The position numbers and the translations under genes are program-made. This document shows positions 10,429 through 19,368 of a DNA stretch of 64,000 nt, in pieces. This DNA is from an uncultured Bacteriovoracaceae bacterium. GTDB lineage: Bacteria; Bdellovibrionota; Bacteriovoracia; Bacteriovoracales; Bacteriovoracaceae. Numbering within the stretch: the first letter of the stretch is position 1; every line of letters starts with the position of its first letter. The stretch is taken from contig CAXGUD010000005.1 of the NCBI GenBank assembly GCA_964012805.1, positions 1 through 64,000 on the forward strand, written 5' to 3'. The notes beneath the pieces are model-generated. The model searched no databases, had not been told where the DNA came from, and was given only the letters and a program-made list of their open reading frames with translations.

Positions 10429-10788
10429 TTATTCTAGATTTACTTTTTGGTAATTACTTTTAATTCTTAAAACCTTTAACTCATCACTCATCAGCTCCTC
10501 TCTTGCTAGAGATAGTTGTTTAGAAATAAAATCATTATTCTTTTTAGTTCTTCCAGCCTTGCTAACTTCAGAATGCTCTAAAGCGGTGAAAAGATAATCT
10601 GTTGCTCTTAAAAGTTTTGAAAGCCTTGCTTCTTGAAAAGAACTTTGCCTATCAATTAGTGCCCATTTAACAAGAAAAAAGTTTGCTATTATTGTTATGA
10701 AAATTACTAAAAGGCCCATGCCCATGCTTTCATTGTATTTTCTTTTGATTAACTCCACCATTTCAGACTCCTCCCTAAGCCGAGACAA
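10429..10788 (-). CDS. Hypothetical single-TM protein
   Basis: 119 aa ORF directly downstream of the M23 gene, one hydrophobic helix. Confidence 0.6.
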   Translation of the reverse strand: MSRLREESEMVELIKRKYNESMGMGLLVIFITIIANFFLVKWALIDRQSSFQEARLSKLLRATDYLFTALEHSEVSKAGRTKKNNDFISKQLSLAREELMSDELKVLRIKSNYQKVNLE

Positions 10789-10821
10789 TATTAAGCTTTA
10801 ACGGTCTAGCTTTCCTATGTT

Positions 10822-12162
10822 TTAAAGATCCTCTTTTTTCTTTTTCTCATTAGTTTTTTTTGCCAAAAGAACTGCTTCCTGCCTTTCGGGAAGGAATTTC
10901 CATACCTCTTTTGCGAAACTTTTGTAGGAAATTAGGTTTTCTTTTTTTATTTTTTTTAATTGAGGAAACTTTTTACCAAGAGGATCTACATAACGACCTC
11001 CCTGATAAAACTCAAAATGAAGATGAGGCCCTGTTGAAAGCCCTGTGCTTCCCACATAACCAATAACCTGCCCTTGTTTTACCTTGCGACCTCTTCTTAC
11101 GCTTGGATGGAATTTCGATAAATGCTTGTAAGCTGTCTGGTAAACAGAATTGTGTCTGATCTTGATCGTTTTACCACCCCATTTTGAATAATGCTTCCTG
11201 GTTACTCTGCCATCTCCAACAGCAAAGATCGGGGTTCCTTTTGGAGCAGCGTAGTCAACACCGTAGTGCGGCCTTCTAATTTTTAAAATTGGATGAAACC
11301 TTCTTCTTGTAAACCTTGAAGTTATCCGGCCAAAGCGAAGAGGACTTTTTAAAAATTTCTTTTTTAAGCTTTTTCCCTCAAGGTCATAATACTCGCCACC
11401 TTTCCCCTTCGGAAACCTCACTGCTTTATGATAAGTGTTCCCATTTTTATACTCAGCGGCTAAAATATGGCCCCACGAAACTCTTTTACCTCCTGCCCAT
11501 TTTTCCTCTACAATGATTCTCCATGAATCTACTGGCAGTACTTCCCTATTGAAATCAATTTCCCACGCAAAGATTTGGCTTAATTTTTCAATCACCGCTG
11601 GATCTAAGCCAGCTTTAACTGCCGAGTTCCAAAGACTTGCCTCCACAACACCATTAAACTTAGTTACCTTTGTTGTAATAGGTAAGTTCTTTTTTCTTGC
11701 CTTCCATTCTCCTTTTTCACCTTTTTCTACGACGACGCGCTCCATCCAAGATAAAAAAATCTCAAGAGATAAAAACTCTTTTAAAGGATAGGACCTCTCT
11801 TTTTTTTGAAGGACCGTATTTATTTGTAATTTTGAAAAGTTTATAAATGGTTTTACGGCTTTAATAATTTGTAAAATATCTTGATAAGAGAAATTCATTT
11901 CCTCCAAAGTTTCTGCAAAATTTGAATTTTTCCGGATTTTCTTTTCTACGAAAAACTCACCGAGTCCGAGGCGGCTGTCTATACTTCTTTTAAGCCTCTT
12001 ACCTTTCAATTTGCTTTGACTAGTTGCCTGATCCCCCTGATTGACTCCTTTGAATCCTTTCTCTTTTTGACACGAAACAAAAATAAAACAAAAAAACAGA
12101 CTTAGAATAAGAGGAGTTTCTTTCAAAAACAGGGGCGCAAAATTTGATCTTTTAGTAATCAT
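10822..12162 (-). CDS. M23 family peptidoglycan DD-endopeptidase (MepM/Csd3-like), probable lipoprotein
   Basis: HYGVDY (HxxxD) and GPHLHFE (HxH) motifs, AWEIDF central domain, lipobox-like FVSC. Confidence 0.92.
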   Translation of the reverse strand: MITKRSNFAPLFLKETPLILSLFFCFIFVSCQKEKGFKGVNQGDQATSQSKLKGKRLKRSIDSRLGLGEFFVEKKIRKNSNFAETLEEMNFSYQDILQIIKAVKPFINFSKLQINTVLQKKERSYPLKEFLSLEIFLSWMERVVVEKGEKGEWKARKKNLPITTKVTKFNGVVEASLWNSAVKAGLDPAVIEKLSQIFAWEIDFNREVLPVDSWRIIVEEKWAGGKRVSWGHILAAEYKNGNTYHKAVRFPKGKGGEYYDLEGKSLKKKFLKSPLRFGRITSRFTRRRFHPILKIRRPHYGVDYAAPKGTPIFAVGDGRVTRKHYSKWGGKTIKIRHNSVYQTAYKHLSKFHPSVRRGRKVKQGQVIGYVGSTGLSTGPHLHFEFYQGGRYVDPLGKKFPQLKKIKKENLISYKSFAKEVWKFLPERQEAVLLAKKTNEKKKKEDL

Positions 12163-12337
12163 AAAGCCTCACAAAATTGAAACTTTCGCTACCCAGTTTT
12201 GCTTCCCTCTTTAGCCAAGCTCAAAGAGTAATAGCTCAACCTAACTACTTTCCATAAAACTTTCTTCAAGTAATAAGGTGAAAACAGACTAAAAAGTTCC
12301 TCTAAAAAATGGCTTCAAATAATACCAGTATTATGCC

Positions 12338-13417
12338 ATGACCTCCAGGTTTTTAGCTATAAAAATTGAGTATTTACTTGATTGGACTCCGCGCACTTGC
12401 TATCTTGACGCTATTGCAACCAACCTTTTTTTTCTTTACCATGAAGCTAAGCGCACAATAAATTATTCTCTCAAAATGGATCAATTAATGCATAGAATTG
12501 GAGAACTTCAAGATCATGAAGCGGTAGCTGAACTTGGAGAGGGCCTTACAAAAAAAGGCATTCGCTATTATATCTCCCAAGCAATGGATGAAAATCATAA
12601 TAAAGTTTATACCGTTATCATTGAAAACCCGGAAGATGTTGAAGAAGCTACTTCAGTTTTCAATACTCTCACCGGAATTCCACCCTCTTTCGAGATTCCA
12701 CCAGAGTACGAAAAGATAAGGTCTATTAAAACTCCTCCAATAACCAAAAACTTTATTATAGCATGCATATTACTCTACATTTTTTCTCTTTTTCCCCTTG
12801 GAAAAGAGCTTGTTGAGCTTCTCTCTCTTTCTTCAAAACCAAAACAATTTCTTTCTGAAATACAAGATGGTCAAATATGGAGGCTCTTTACTCCAATGCT
12901 TCTTCATTTCTCCATCCCCCATATCCTTTTTAACATGATAATGTTTAAGGAATTTGGAAAAGTTATCGAGTTTTCTAAAGGTCCATCATTTTTTATATAC
13001 TTCATCGTTACAACAGGCACTCTCTCTAACATTGCCCAATATATGATTACTGGGCCTTTTTTTGGAGGTATGTCTGGAGTCATCTATGCATTTTTTGGCT
13101 TTTTATGGATGCAAAAAGTACTAAACCCAGACAGTGAATTTTCATTACCAATGGGCGACCTTATTCTTATTATAGGATGGTTTTTTCTATGTTTATTTGG
13201 AGTTATAGGAAGGATTGCCAATACAGCACATGCCGTTGGACTTGTTTCAGGAATGCTAACTGGTATTTTTTGGGGTCTAAAAGACTCATCAGAGAGAAAT
13301 AAGAGTTATAAAAACGCTGTTTTGTATGCAACTCTATCTTTTTTCCTTTTAGGACTCACACTATTTGTTGAGTTTCATAGATTCAAAAGAAGTTTTTATT
13401 TTTTTAACTTTTTTTAG
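12338..13417 (+). CDS. glpG: Rhomboid intramembrane serine protease with N-terminal soluble domain (true start probably near 12476-12488)
   Basis: WRLFTPMLLH, HILFN, GGMSG catalytic Ser and AHAVG catalytic His. Confidence 0.9.
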   Translation: MTSRFLAIKIEYLLDWTPRTCYLDAIATNLFFLYHEAKRTINYSLKMDQLMHRIGELQDHEAVAELGEGLTKKGIRYYISQAMDENHNKVYTVIIENPEDVEEATSVFNTLTGIPPSFEIPPEYEKIRSIKTPPITKNFIIACILLYIFSLFPLGKELVELLSLSSKPKQFLSEIQDGQIWRLFTPMLLHFSIPHILFNMIMFKEFGKVIEFSKGPSFFIYFIVTTGTLSNIAQYMITGPFFGGMSGVIYAFFGFLWMQKVLNPDSEFSLPMGDLILIIGWFFLCLFGVIGRIANTAHAVGLVSGMLTGIFWGLKDSSERNKSYKNAVLYATLSFFLLGLTLFVEFHRFKRSFYFFNFF

Positions 13418-13546
13418 TTAGCAAATAAAAATTATTTCGGCCTCTAAAATTTAAAAAACCACTGAATAAGCAATGAAAATTTCCTAAAAAGGTTGAGACT
13501 TCAAGTATAATAACCTTAAATCCTCAACCTTTTCAGGGAGGCCCTT

Positions 13547-13945
13547 ATTAGAATCAAAGGAAATATTTTTAGCAAAGTACTACTCGTCGCCGAAGACCAA
13601 ACACTCTTTAAGAATGTAACTGAGAAATTAGGTAAAAAAGGTATCTCAGTAGTAACAGCAGAATCAATGAGCGAGGCACTCTTTATTTTGAAAAGGGAGA
13701 GAGGGTTCGATGCTCTGATTGCCGATGCCGATGGTAAAAACTCAGAAGGTGTCAACCTATCAATGAAATGCTATGGGCAATATCCAATTCTGCTATTAGG
13801 TGAAGATGACTACAACTCTTTGCCAAATAGAGTCCTTAATCATTCTGATTCTTATATTGAAAAGAAACATATTGGAAAACAGATAATCAATGGAATGCTG
13901 TTAGCGATAGATAATCACCGAGACAAAGGAAAAATGGCAGCTTAA
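13547..13945 (+). CDS. Single-domain response regulator-like (REC) protein; start probably the non-ATG codon ATT 13547 (ORF track starts at 13667)
   Basis: In-frame upstream sequence encodes KVLLVAED (REC beta1), then FDALIAD, PILLLG, YIEK; GGAGG at 13537-13541. Confidence 0.7.
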   Translation: MRIKGNIFSKVLLVAEDQTLFKNVTEKLGKKGISVVTAESMSEALFILKRERGFDALIADADGKNSEGVNLSMKCYGQYPILLLGEDDYNSLPNRVLNHSDSYIEKKHIGKQIINGMLLAIDNHRDKGKMAA

Positions 13946-13981
13946 ACGATATTTTAACAAGTAATCTTCATTAAAGTCCTC

Positions 13982-15031
13982 TTGACAACTTTACTTCAGG
14001 AGGACTTTAATTACTTGATGAAGTTTAACAAGAAAATCTTACTGTACTTTTGCTTCCTCTCTTGTACCTCAGCTTATAAGGGCCCCAAATCAGATCATTT
14101 CGATGGCGAAACATTCTATAATAAATATAACCATGAAACAAAAGGATTATTTACCTTCTTAAAATGGAGGTTTACATCTAAAAAAGCGCCCTGGCCTAAA
14201 TGGGTTGAGAATAAACTTTCGTCAAAACCAAAAGAAAGGGGTGATCAGGGCGCACTAACAGCTACATTTATAAACCATGCAACGGTGCTTATCCAAATGG
14301 GCAAGGTTAATATAATAACAGACCCAATTTTTTCTAATAGAACAAGTCCAGTTTCTTGGGCAGGTCCAGAAAGGGTAAGGAATCCAGGTGTCTCTTTTAA
14401 AAACCTTCCTCCTATAGACATAATTCTTATTAGCCATAATCACTACGACCACCTTGACTTACCAACCCTTAGAAGGCTTGTACAAAGGGATAACCCTATT
14501 ATCTTATCTGGCTTGGGTAATGGCCTTCTTTTTAAGAAAGAAGGTTTTACAAATTTCAAAGATATGGACTGGGATGATAAAATTACCGTAAAAGATACAA
14601 ACATTACTTTTCTTACGGCACAACATTGGTCAGCAAGAGGACTCACAGACAGGCTTAAAACACTTTGGGGTAGTTTTTTAATTGAGAAAGACAATAAAAA
14701 AATCTACTTTGCGGGGGACACTGGATATGGGCCACACTTTCAGGATATTGGAAGGCAATACGGTCCTATTGAACTATCTCTTCTTCCTATAGGTGCTTAT
14801 AAACCAAGATGGTTTATGAAATATAATCATATGGATCCAGAGGATGCGATTCAAGCCCATAAAGATTTGCAGTCAAAGCAAAGTATGGCTATTCATTTTG
14901 GTACCTTTTCTCTAGGTGATGATGGGTTTGAAGAGCCAGTCAATGAGCTTAGTTTGGCCTTAAAAGCAAATAACATTTCACCTTCAACTTTTTATGCTCC
15001 AGATTTTGGCGAGACTATAGAAATTTATTAA
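13982..15031 (+). CDS. MBL-fold metallo-hydrolase, NAPE-PLD/RomA-like
   Basis: SHNHYDHLD (HxHxDH), QHWSAR, FAGDTGY, PIGAY, IHFGTF. Confidence 0.92.
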   Translation: MTTLLQEDFNYLMKFNKKILLYFCFLSCTSAYKGPKSDHFDGETFYNKYNHETKGLFTFLKWRFTSKKAPWPKWVENKLSSKPKERGDQGALTATFINHATVLIQMGKVNIITDPIFSNRTSPVSWAGPERVRNPGVSFKNLPPIDIILISHNHYDHLDLPTLRRLVQRDNPIILSGLGNGLLFKKEGFTNFKDMDWDDKITVKDTNITFLTAQHWSARGLTDRLKTLWGSFLIEKDNKKIYFAGDTGYGPHFQDIGRQYGPIELSLLPIGAYKPRWFMKYNHMDPEDAIQAHKDLQSKQSMAIHFGTFSLGDDGFEEPVNELSLALKANNISPSTFYAPDFGETIEIY

Positions 15032-15122
15032 TCACAAAAGTTAGTTAAATATATAATTTTTAATTTATCTTTAAAGACACTTTTGGAATTGCGTTATTTT
15101 CTCTTTCATTTATAATCCATCT

Positions 15123-16148
15123 ATGAATTTTAAATTGATTAAACCTATGGTATTTATAGTCTTTTGGCTCATAGTAAGGACTCCTCTTGCACAATCAAAA
15201 TCATTGTTTAATTACAAAAGCCCCTTAAACATAGAGTTAGAATTAAATTTAGCCAAATTACTGCTAAAAGAAAAAAGTTATTATTGGCAAGAAGGTGAAA
15301 AGAATTTTCTTAAAGCAAACATTTTATTTTCCGGCCTTGGTAAAAAGCAAAAGAAACCTATACTAATTCAAAATGGAGGAGGATTAAATTTTTATGATTC
15401 TCTTCCCCCCCTAATCCTTAAATTTAATAAACTTAATTTTAAAGGAACTATTTTTGAAAGATTTAAAAAGCTGACTTTGATTACACACGGAGATATTAAT
15501 TCAGGTAGTATTCCCAAAGTAATAAATCATTATCTTGCCTACAAACAATTTAGCCTATTATCCTCTTTTAGCTATAGAGTAAGACTGGTTAAAATAGTAT
15601 ACAAAGACACATCCAAAAAGCTTAAACGCTTTGTTGGATGGGGTTTTTTCTTAGAACCCAAAAATGATATTCTGAGAAGATTTCCATTTAAGAGAGTTCC
15701 CTCTACAAAGGATTACTTAGCCGGAAAACTTGATAAAAAGCAAACGGCCCTTCTTCACGCTTTCAATTTTTTTATTCAAGATAGAGAGAGGTTTAAAATC
15801 ATTAATGGTTCTTATAAAACGAACAGAACAGACTTTTTTACTTTCAATTTTTACTCAGTTTTGCCTATCCCATTTGATTTTAGTAGATCTGTTATGTATT
15901 GGATTGGTAGCAGGCCGACTCAAGAACTTAATTATATAATGGAGACTGCTTTTGCAAAAAGCAATTGGTTAAAATATCCAGGTTTAAGATATGCTGAATT
16001 AAAAAAAGCTTTTTATTTAATTAAAGGAAAAAGGCAAGAGTTCAAAAGGCTCTATATGGACCCTCACCTTCCACTGGAAAAAAAGCATCGAGATGCTTAT
16101 ATACGATACATGAACTTCTTTTTTACTTTCCTTCAAAATCGAATTTAG
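15123..16148 (+). CDS. Secreted hypothetical protein with distant CotH-kinase-like features
   Basis: Signal-peptide-like N-terminus; LTLITH, YLAYK, SYRVRL, GFFLE, PIPFDF motifs. Confidence 0.5.
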   Translation: MNFKLIKPMVFIVFWLIVRTPLAQSKSLFNYKSPLNIELELNLAKLLLKEKSYYWQEGEKNFLKANILFSGLGKKQKKPILIQNGGGLNFYDSLPPLILKFNKLNFKGTIFERFKKLTLITHGDINSGSIPKVINHYLAYKQFSLLSSFSYRVRLVKIVYKDTSKKLKRFVGWGFFLEPKNDILRRFPFKRVPSTKDYLAGKLDKKQTALLHAFNFFIQDRERFKIINGSYKTNRTDFFTFNFYSVLPIPFDFSRSVMYWIGSRPTQELNYIMETAFAKSNWLKYPGLRYAELKKAFYLIKGKRQEFKRLYMDPHLPLEKKHRDAYIRYMNFFFTFLQNRI

Positions 16149-16153
16149 CTTTT

Positions 16154-16597
16154 TTATGGTGATAGATGGTGGTGGCCTTTTTTACAGCCTAAACACTCTA
16201 CCCAGGCTTCACTTTCATCTTCATAAAACTCCTTTTTCCACAAAGGCACTCTATTTTTGACTTCATCAATTATATACTGACAAGCTTTAAAAGCTTCTTT
16301 ACGATGCTTTGAAGTGACCAATATCCACACTGCCCGTTCTCCAATTTTTAGTTGGCCATAACGGTGGACACATACAGCGTCCTTGATAGGAAAAAGCTTG
16401 AAAGCTTCTTCTACAACTTTTTTTCCCTCCAAAACTGCCATTTCTTCATACACCTGGTACTCTAGAAGGGTTACTTTTTTACCTTTATTAATATTTCTTA
16501 CTCTTCCTTCAAATGAGACTGCTCCTCCGGCCTCCGGGTTCTCTAATGTCGTTTTATTTATTATATCTTCTAAAGAGTCCTCTTGTAATAAAAACAT
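16154..16597 (-). CDS. moaE: Molybdopterin synthase catalytic subunit
   Basis: GGAVSFEGRVRN, HRYG, HRKEAF, PLWKKE. Confidence 0.95.
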   Translation of the reverse strand: MFLLQEDSLEDIINKTTLENPEAGGAVSFEGRVRNINKGKKVTLLEYQVYEEMAVLEGKKVVEEAFKLFPIKDAVCVHRYGQLKIGERAVWILVTSKHRKEAFKACQYIIDEVKNRVPLWKKEFYEDESEAWVECLGCKKGHHHLSP

Positions 16598-16599
16598 AA

Positions 16600-16845
16600 C
16601 TAACCCCCTGCCACTGGCGGTATAAAAACAAGGGTCTCACCACCATCAAGAAGAGTATCCCAATCTCTATAAGTTTCATTAATTGCGACTTTCACATAAG
16701 TTTTATCAAGATGAAAGTGATAACGCTCATTCAACTCATCAAAAATTTGCGAGGCTTTTTTTGGTGAATCTATAGATAGAATTTCTTGATCCTTTTTAGC
16801 TGCATCCCTTAGAGAAGAAAAATATTTTATCTTTATAGACTTCAT
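16600..16845 (-). CDS. moaD: Molybdopterin synthase sulfur carrier
   Basis: 81 aa ubiquitin-like protein ending PPVAGG. Confidence 0.95.
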   Translation of the reverse strand: MKSIKIKYFSSLRDAAKKDQEILSIDSPKKASQIFDELNERYHFHLDKTYVKVAINETYRDWDTLLDGGETLVFIPPVAGG

Positions 16846-17903
16846 TGATAATTCCCTTCGTTTTCAAAAACGTTAGTCTGAGTTTTAGACTTTGCTTCTT
16901 TATAACCTTCAGGTGTATTAATGTTTTGAAGGACCAATTTAGAGTTAACTTCAAGCACTTCATGGGGCACATTCATTAAAGCTTTTCTAGGACAAACAAT
17001 ACCCAAGGAAAGATACTGATGAAATGCTCTAACTGCACCAGGTTCATAAATTGTACATAGAGGCTCGGACCATCCCTTTTCAGGATTTTTAAAACAGGTT
17101 GCTTTTTTAAAATGGTTACGACCTTTTATAAGCTGGTCTAAGTTTTCTTTAGATATGTAAGGAAGATCGCATGCAAGTACTAACCATGAAGCTTCAGGAT
17201 GTTTGTGAAAAGCGGTTAAGAGTCCTCCTAGAGGACCCATATTTAAAAATTTATCAGGGAGACAATGATCTTTCATTCCGTTAAGATAGGCTAAATTTGA
17301 TTGTTCTTCTCTTATACTCATATAGGTTTTTTCACAAACATCATCTAATAAATCATAGACGTGCTGTCCTTGGGCCTTTCCAAAATAATCCAATGATCCT
17401 TTATCTTTTTTCATTCTTTGGCTTTTCCCACCAACAAGGGCCAGGCCATAAAGAGGCCTAGAGGTCACGGATTTATTAATGTAATCAAAAAGAAAGTCAC
17501 TTATTTTATCTATATCTGAATTTTGAAAGACCGGTTTATTTGATATAAATTGGTCTTTATTCGAATAGCTCAAAAAGCCGATAACATCGTCCCAATAAGG
17601 TGACTTTTTGGCTGCATCAAGACAGGCTTCTGATTCCAAAAAAACAATTTTTGGAATACCTACAAGATAATTATTTTGAAAGATAAACCCATCTGGTTCA
17701 AGATGAAAAAGGGCACTAAGATAATCCTTGTAAGTACTCTCTTTTGTTGAAGACAGGTTTTGACCATCACAAAACTCTATATCCAACCCAAACTTATCTC
17801 TAATAGAACGTTTTAAAGCACTGGGAAGACCACTATTTAACCAAGCTCCTTTTCTGCATAATGAAACTTGTGGGACTTGATTATTTACAGGTTTATTTTT
17901 CAT
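16842..17903 (-). CDS. mobA: Molybdenum cofactor guanylyltransferase with N-terminal extension
   Basis: LVGGKSQRMKKDK, GPLGG, LACDLP, EPLC, NINTP. Confidence 0.85.
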   Translation of the reverse strand: MKNKPVNNQVPQVSLCRKGAWLNSGLPSALKRSIRDKFGLDIEFCDGQNLSSTKESTYKDYLSALFHLEPDGFIFQNNYLVGIPKIVFLESEACLDAAKKSPYWDDVIGFLSYSNKDQFISNKPVFQNSDIDKISDFLFDYINKSVTSRPLYGLALVGGKSQRMKKDKGSLDYFGKAQGQHVYDLLDDVCEKTYMSIREEQSNLAYLNGMKDHCLPDKFLNMGPLGGLLTAFHKHPEASWLVLACDLPYISKENLDQLIKGRNHFKKATCFKNPEKGWSEPLCTIYEPGAVRAFHQYLSLGIVCPRKALMNVPHEVLEVNSKLVLQNINTPEGYKEAKSKTQTNVFENEGNYQ

Positions 17904-18388
17904 ATATTTCCTTCTTTGACAGTTCGTTTTCCACCAGACTTTTCAATAAGCCTGGCCTCTTTTATAACCATGTTATGAGTTATGGCCTTACACATATCAT
18001 AAATAGTGAGTGCCGCTACGGTTACTCCAGTTAACGCTTCCATTTCAACACCCGTCTTCCCTGATATTTTTACACAGCAACGAATCGATATAAGTTGAAG
18101 CTCTTCTATGATTTTAATCTCAAAGTCACATGCTTCAATTATCAGCGGGTGGCAAAAAGGAATAATATCGCTTGTTTTTTTAACGGCCATAGTTCCTGCA
18201 GTTATAGCTGTGTGAAAAACAGGTCCTTTTTTCGTTTTAATATCTCCATTAGAAAGCTGCTCAAAAATGAGTGGGTCACACTTAATTTCACAACTAGCTG
18301 TGGCCAACCTGTGAGTGACACCTTTCTCCGAAACGTCTACCATTTTGGGATTATTTTTTTCATCAATATGATTAAGTTTGTGTGTCAT
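17900..18388 (-). CDS. moaC: Cyclic pyranopterin monophosphate synthase
   Basis: MVDVSEK, IPFCHP, TGVEMEALT, YDMCKA, KSGG. Confidence 0.96.
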   Translation of the reverse strand: MTHKLNHIDEKNNPKMVDVSEKGVTHRLATASCEIKCDPLIFEQLSNGDIKTKKGPVFHTAITAGTMAVKKTSDIIPFCHPLIIEACDFEIKIIEELQLISIRCCVKISGKTGVEMEALTGVTVAALTIYDMCKAITHNMVIKEARLIEKSGGKRTVKEGNI

Positions 18389-18396
18389 CTTTATTC

Positions 18397-19368
18397 CTAT
18401 CCGCCTATCTGGTGCATTGCTTGACCCACAGTATCGATACGGTCAAAAGGTTTTAGCTTTATAGTTTGCTTTAACGTTTTTAAAAAATCTTCAGCTTTTA
18501 ACCCCCGTAAACTCACTCCTTGATCAATAAATAGACAAGGTCTTAAGGCTCCATCTGCTCCAAGCCTTAAACGAGAACAATGACCGCAAAAAGGGCGGGA
18601 TTCAGAAGCAATGAAACCTATCTCTCCACCCTTGGACAGGAAAAAGTTAAAAGATGTAGAGTCTTTGGGCATTTTCTTATCTTTAAGTTGGTTTTTTAAT
18701 TTAAGCCTTTCAATAATTTCACCAGCACTAACAAAATGTTTTTCAAAATAATGATTTGCAACTCCAATTCTCATTAATTCCAAAAAGCGGACTTCAATCC
18801 CAGTTTTTTGTGCAAACTCAACAAACTTATCCAACTCCTCTTCATTGTCATTAATTCCCTTAAGAAGAACTGCATTAACCTTGACTTTAAAACCCATCGA
18901 GTGGGCCTTCACTATCGAGTGATAAACACGAGCAAAGGTATCTGTCTGAGTTATTTTTTCAAAATTTTCTTTATTCAAACTATCAAGGCTAATATTTAAA
19001 TACTTAAGAGAAGTACCTTTTAAAAACTCTAGCTCTCTTTCTAAATGAATCCCATTTGTTGTTAAGCCAAACTTAGAAAGAGGAAGTTTATCAAGCCCAT
19101 TAACAATTTTTCTAAAGTCCGGTCTTAAAAGAGGTTCGCCTCCAGTTAATCGGATTTCATCAATGCCATAAACCACGAGTTTAGAAGATATTTCACAAAG
19201 TTCCTCTCCCGAAACCCAACTCTTCTTGGCCATAAACTCTTTTTCATCAGGCATGCAATAAAGGCAATTCATATTACAAGCATCGAGGAGAGAGATTCTT
19301 AACTTATGAATCAAGCGGTTGTGTGAGTCGACAAGTTTAAAATTAGAATATGGAAAAGGTAGCCCCAT
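18397..19368 (-). CDS. moaA: GTP 3',8-cyclase (radical SAM)
   Basis: CNMNCLYC, LTGGEP, C-terminal CxxC-RLR...PC cluster, terminal IGG. Confidence 0.96.
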   Translation of the reverse strand: MGLPFPYSNFKLVDSHNRLIHKLRISLLDACNMNCLYCMPDEKEFMAKKSWVSGEELCEISSKLVVYGIDEIRLTGGEPLLRPDFRKIVNGLDKLPLSKFGLTTNGIHLERELEFLKGTSLKYLNISLDSLNKENFEKITQTDTFARVYHSIVKAHSMGFKVKVNAVLLKGINDNEEELDKFVEFAQKTGIEVRFLELMRIGVANHYFEKHFVSAGEIIERLKLKNQLKDKKMPKDSTSFNFFLSKGGEIGFIASESRPFCGHCSRLRLGADGALRPCLFIDQGVSLRGLKAEDFLKTLKQTIKLKPFDRIDTVGQAMHQIGG

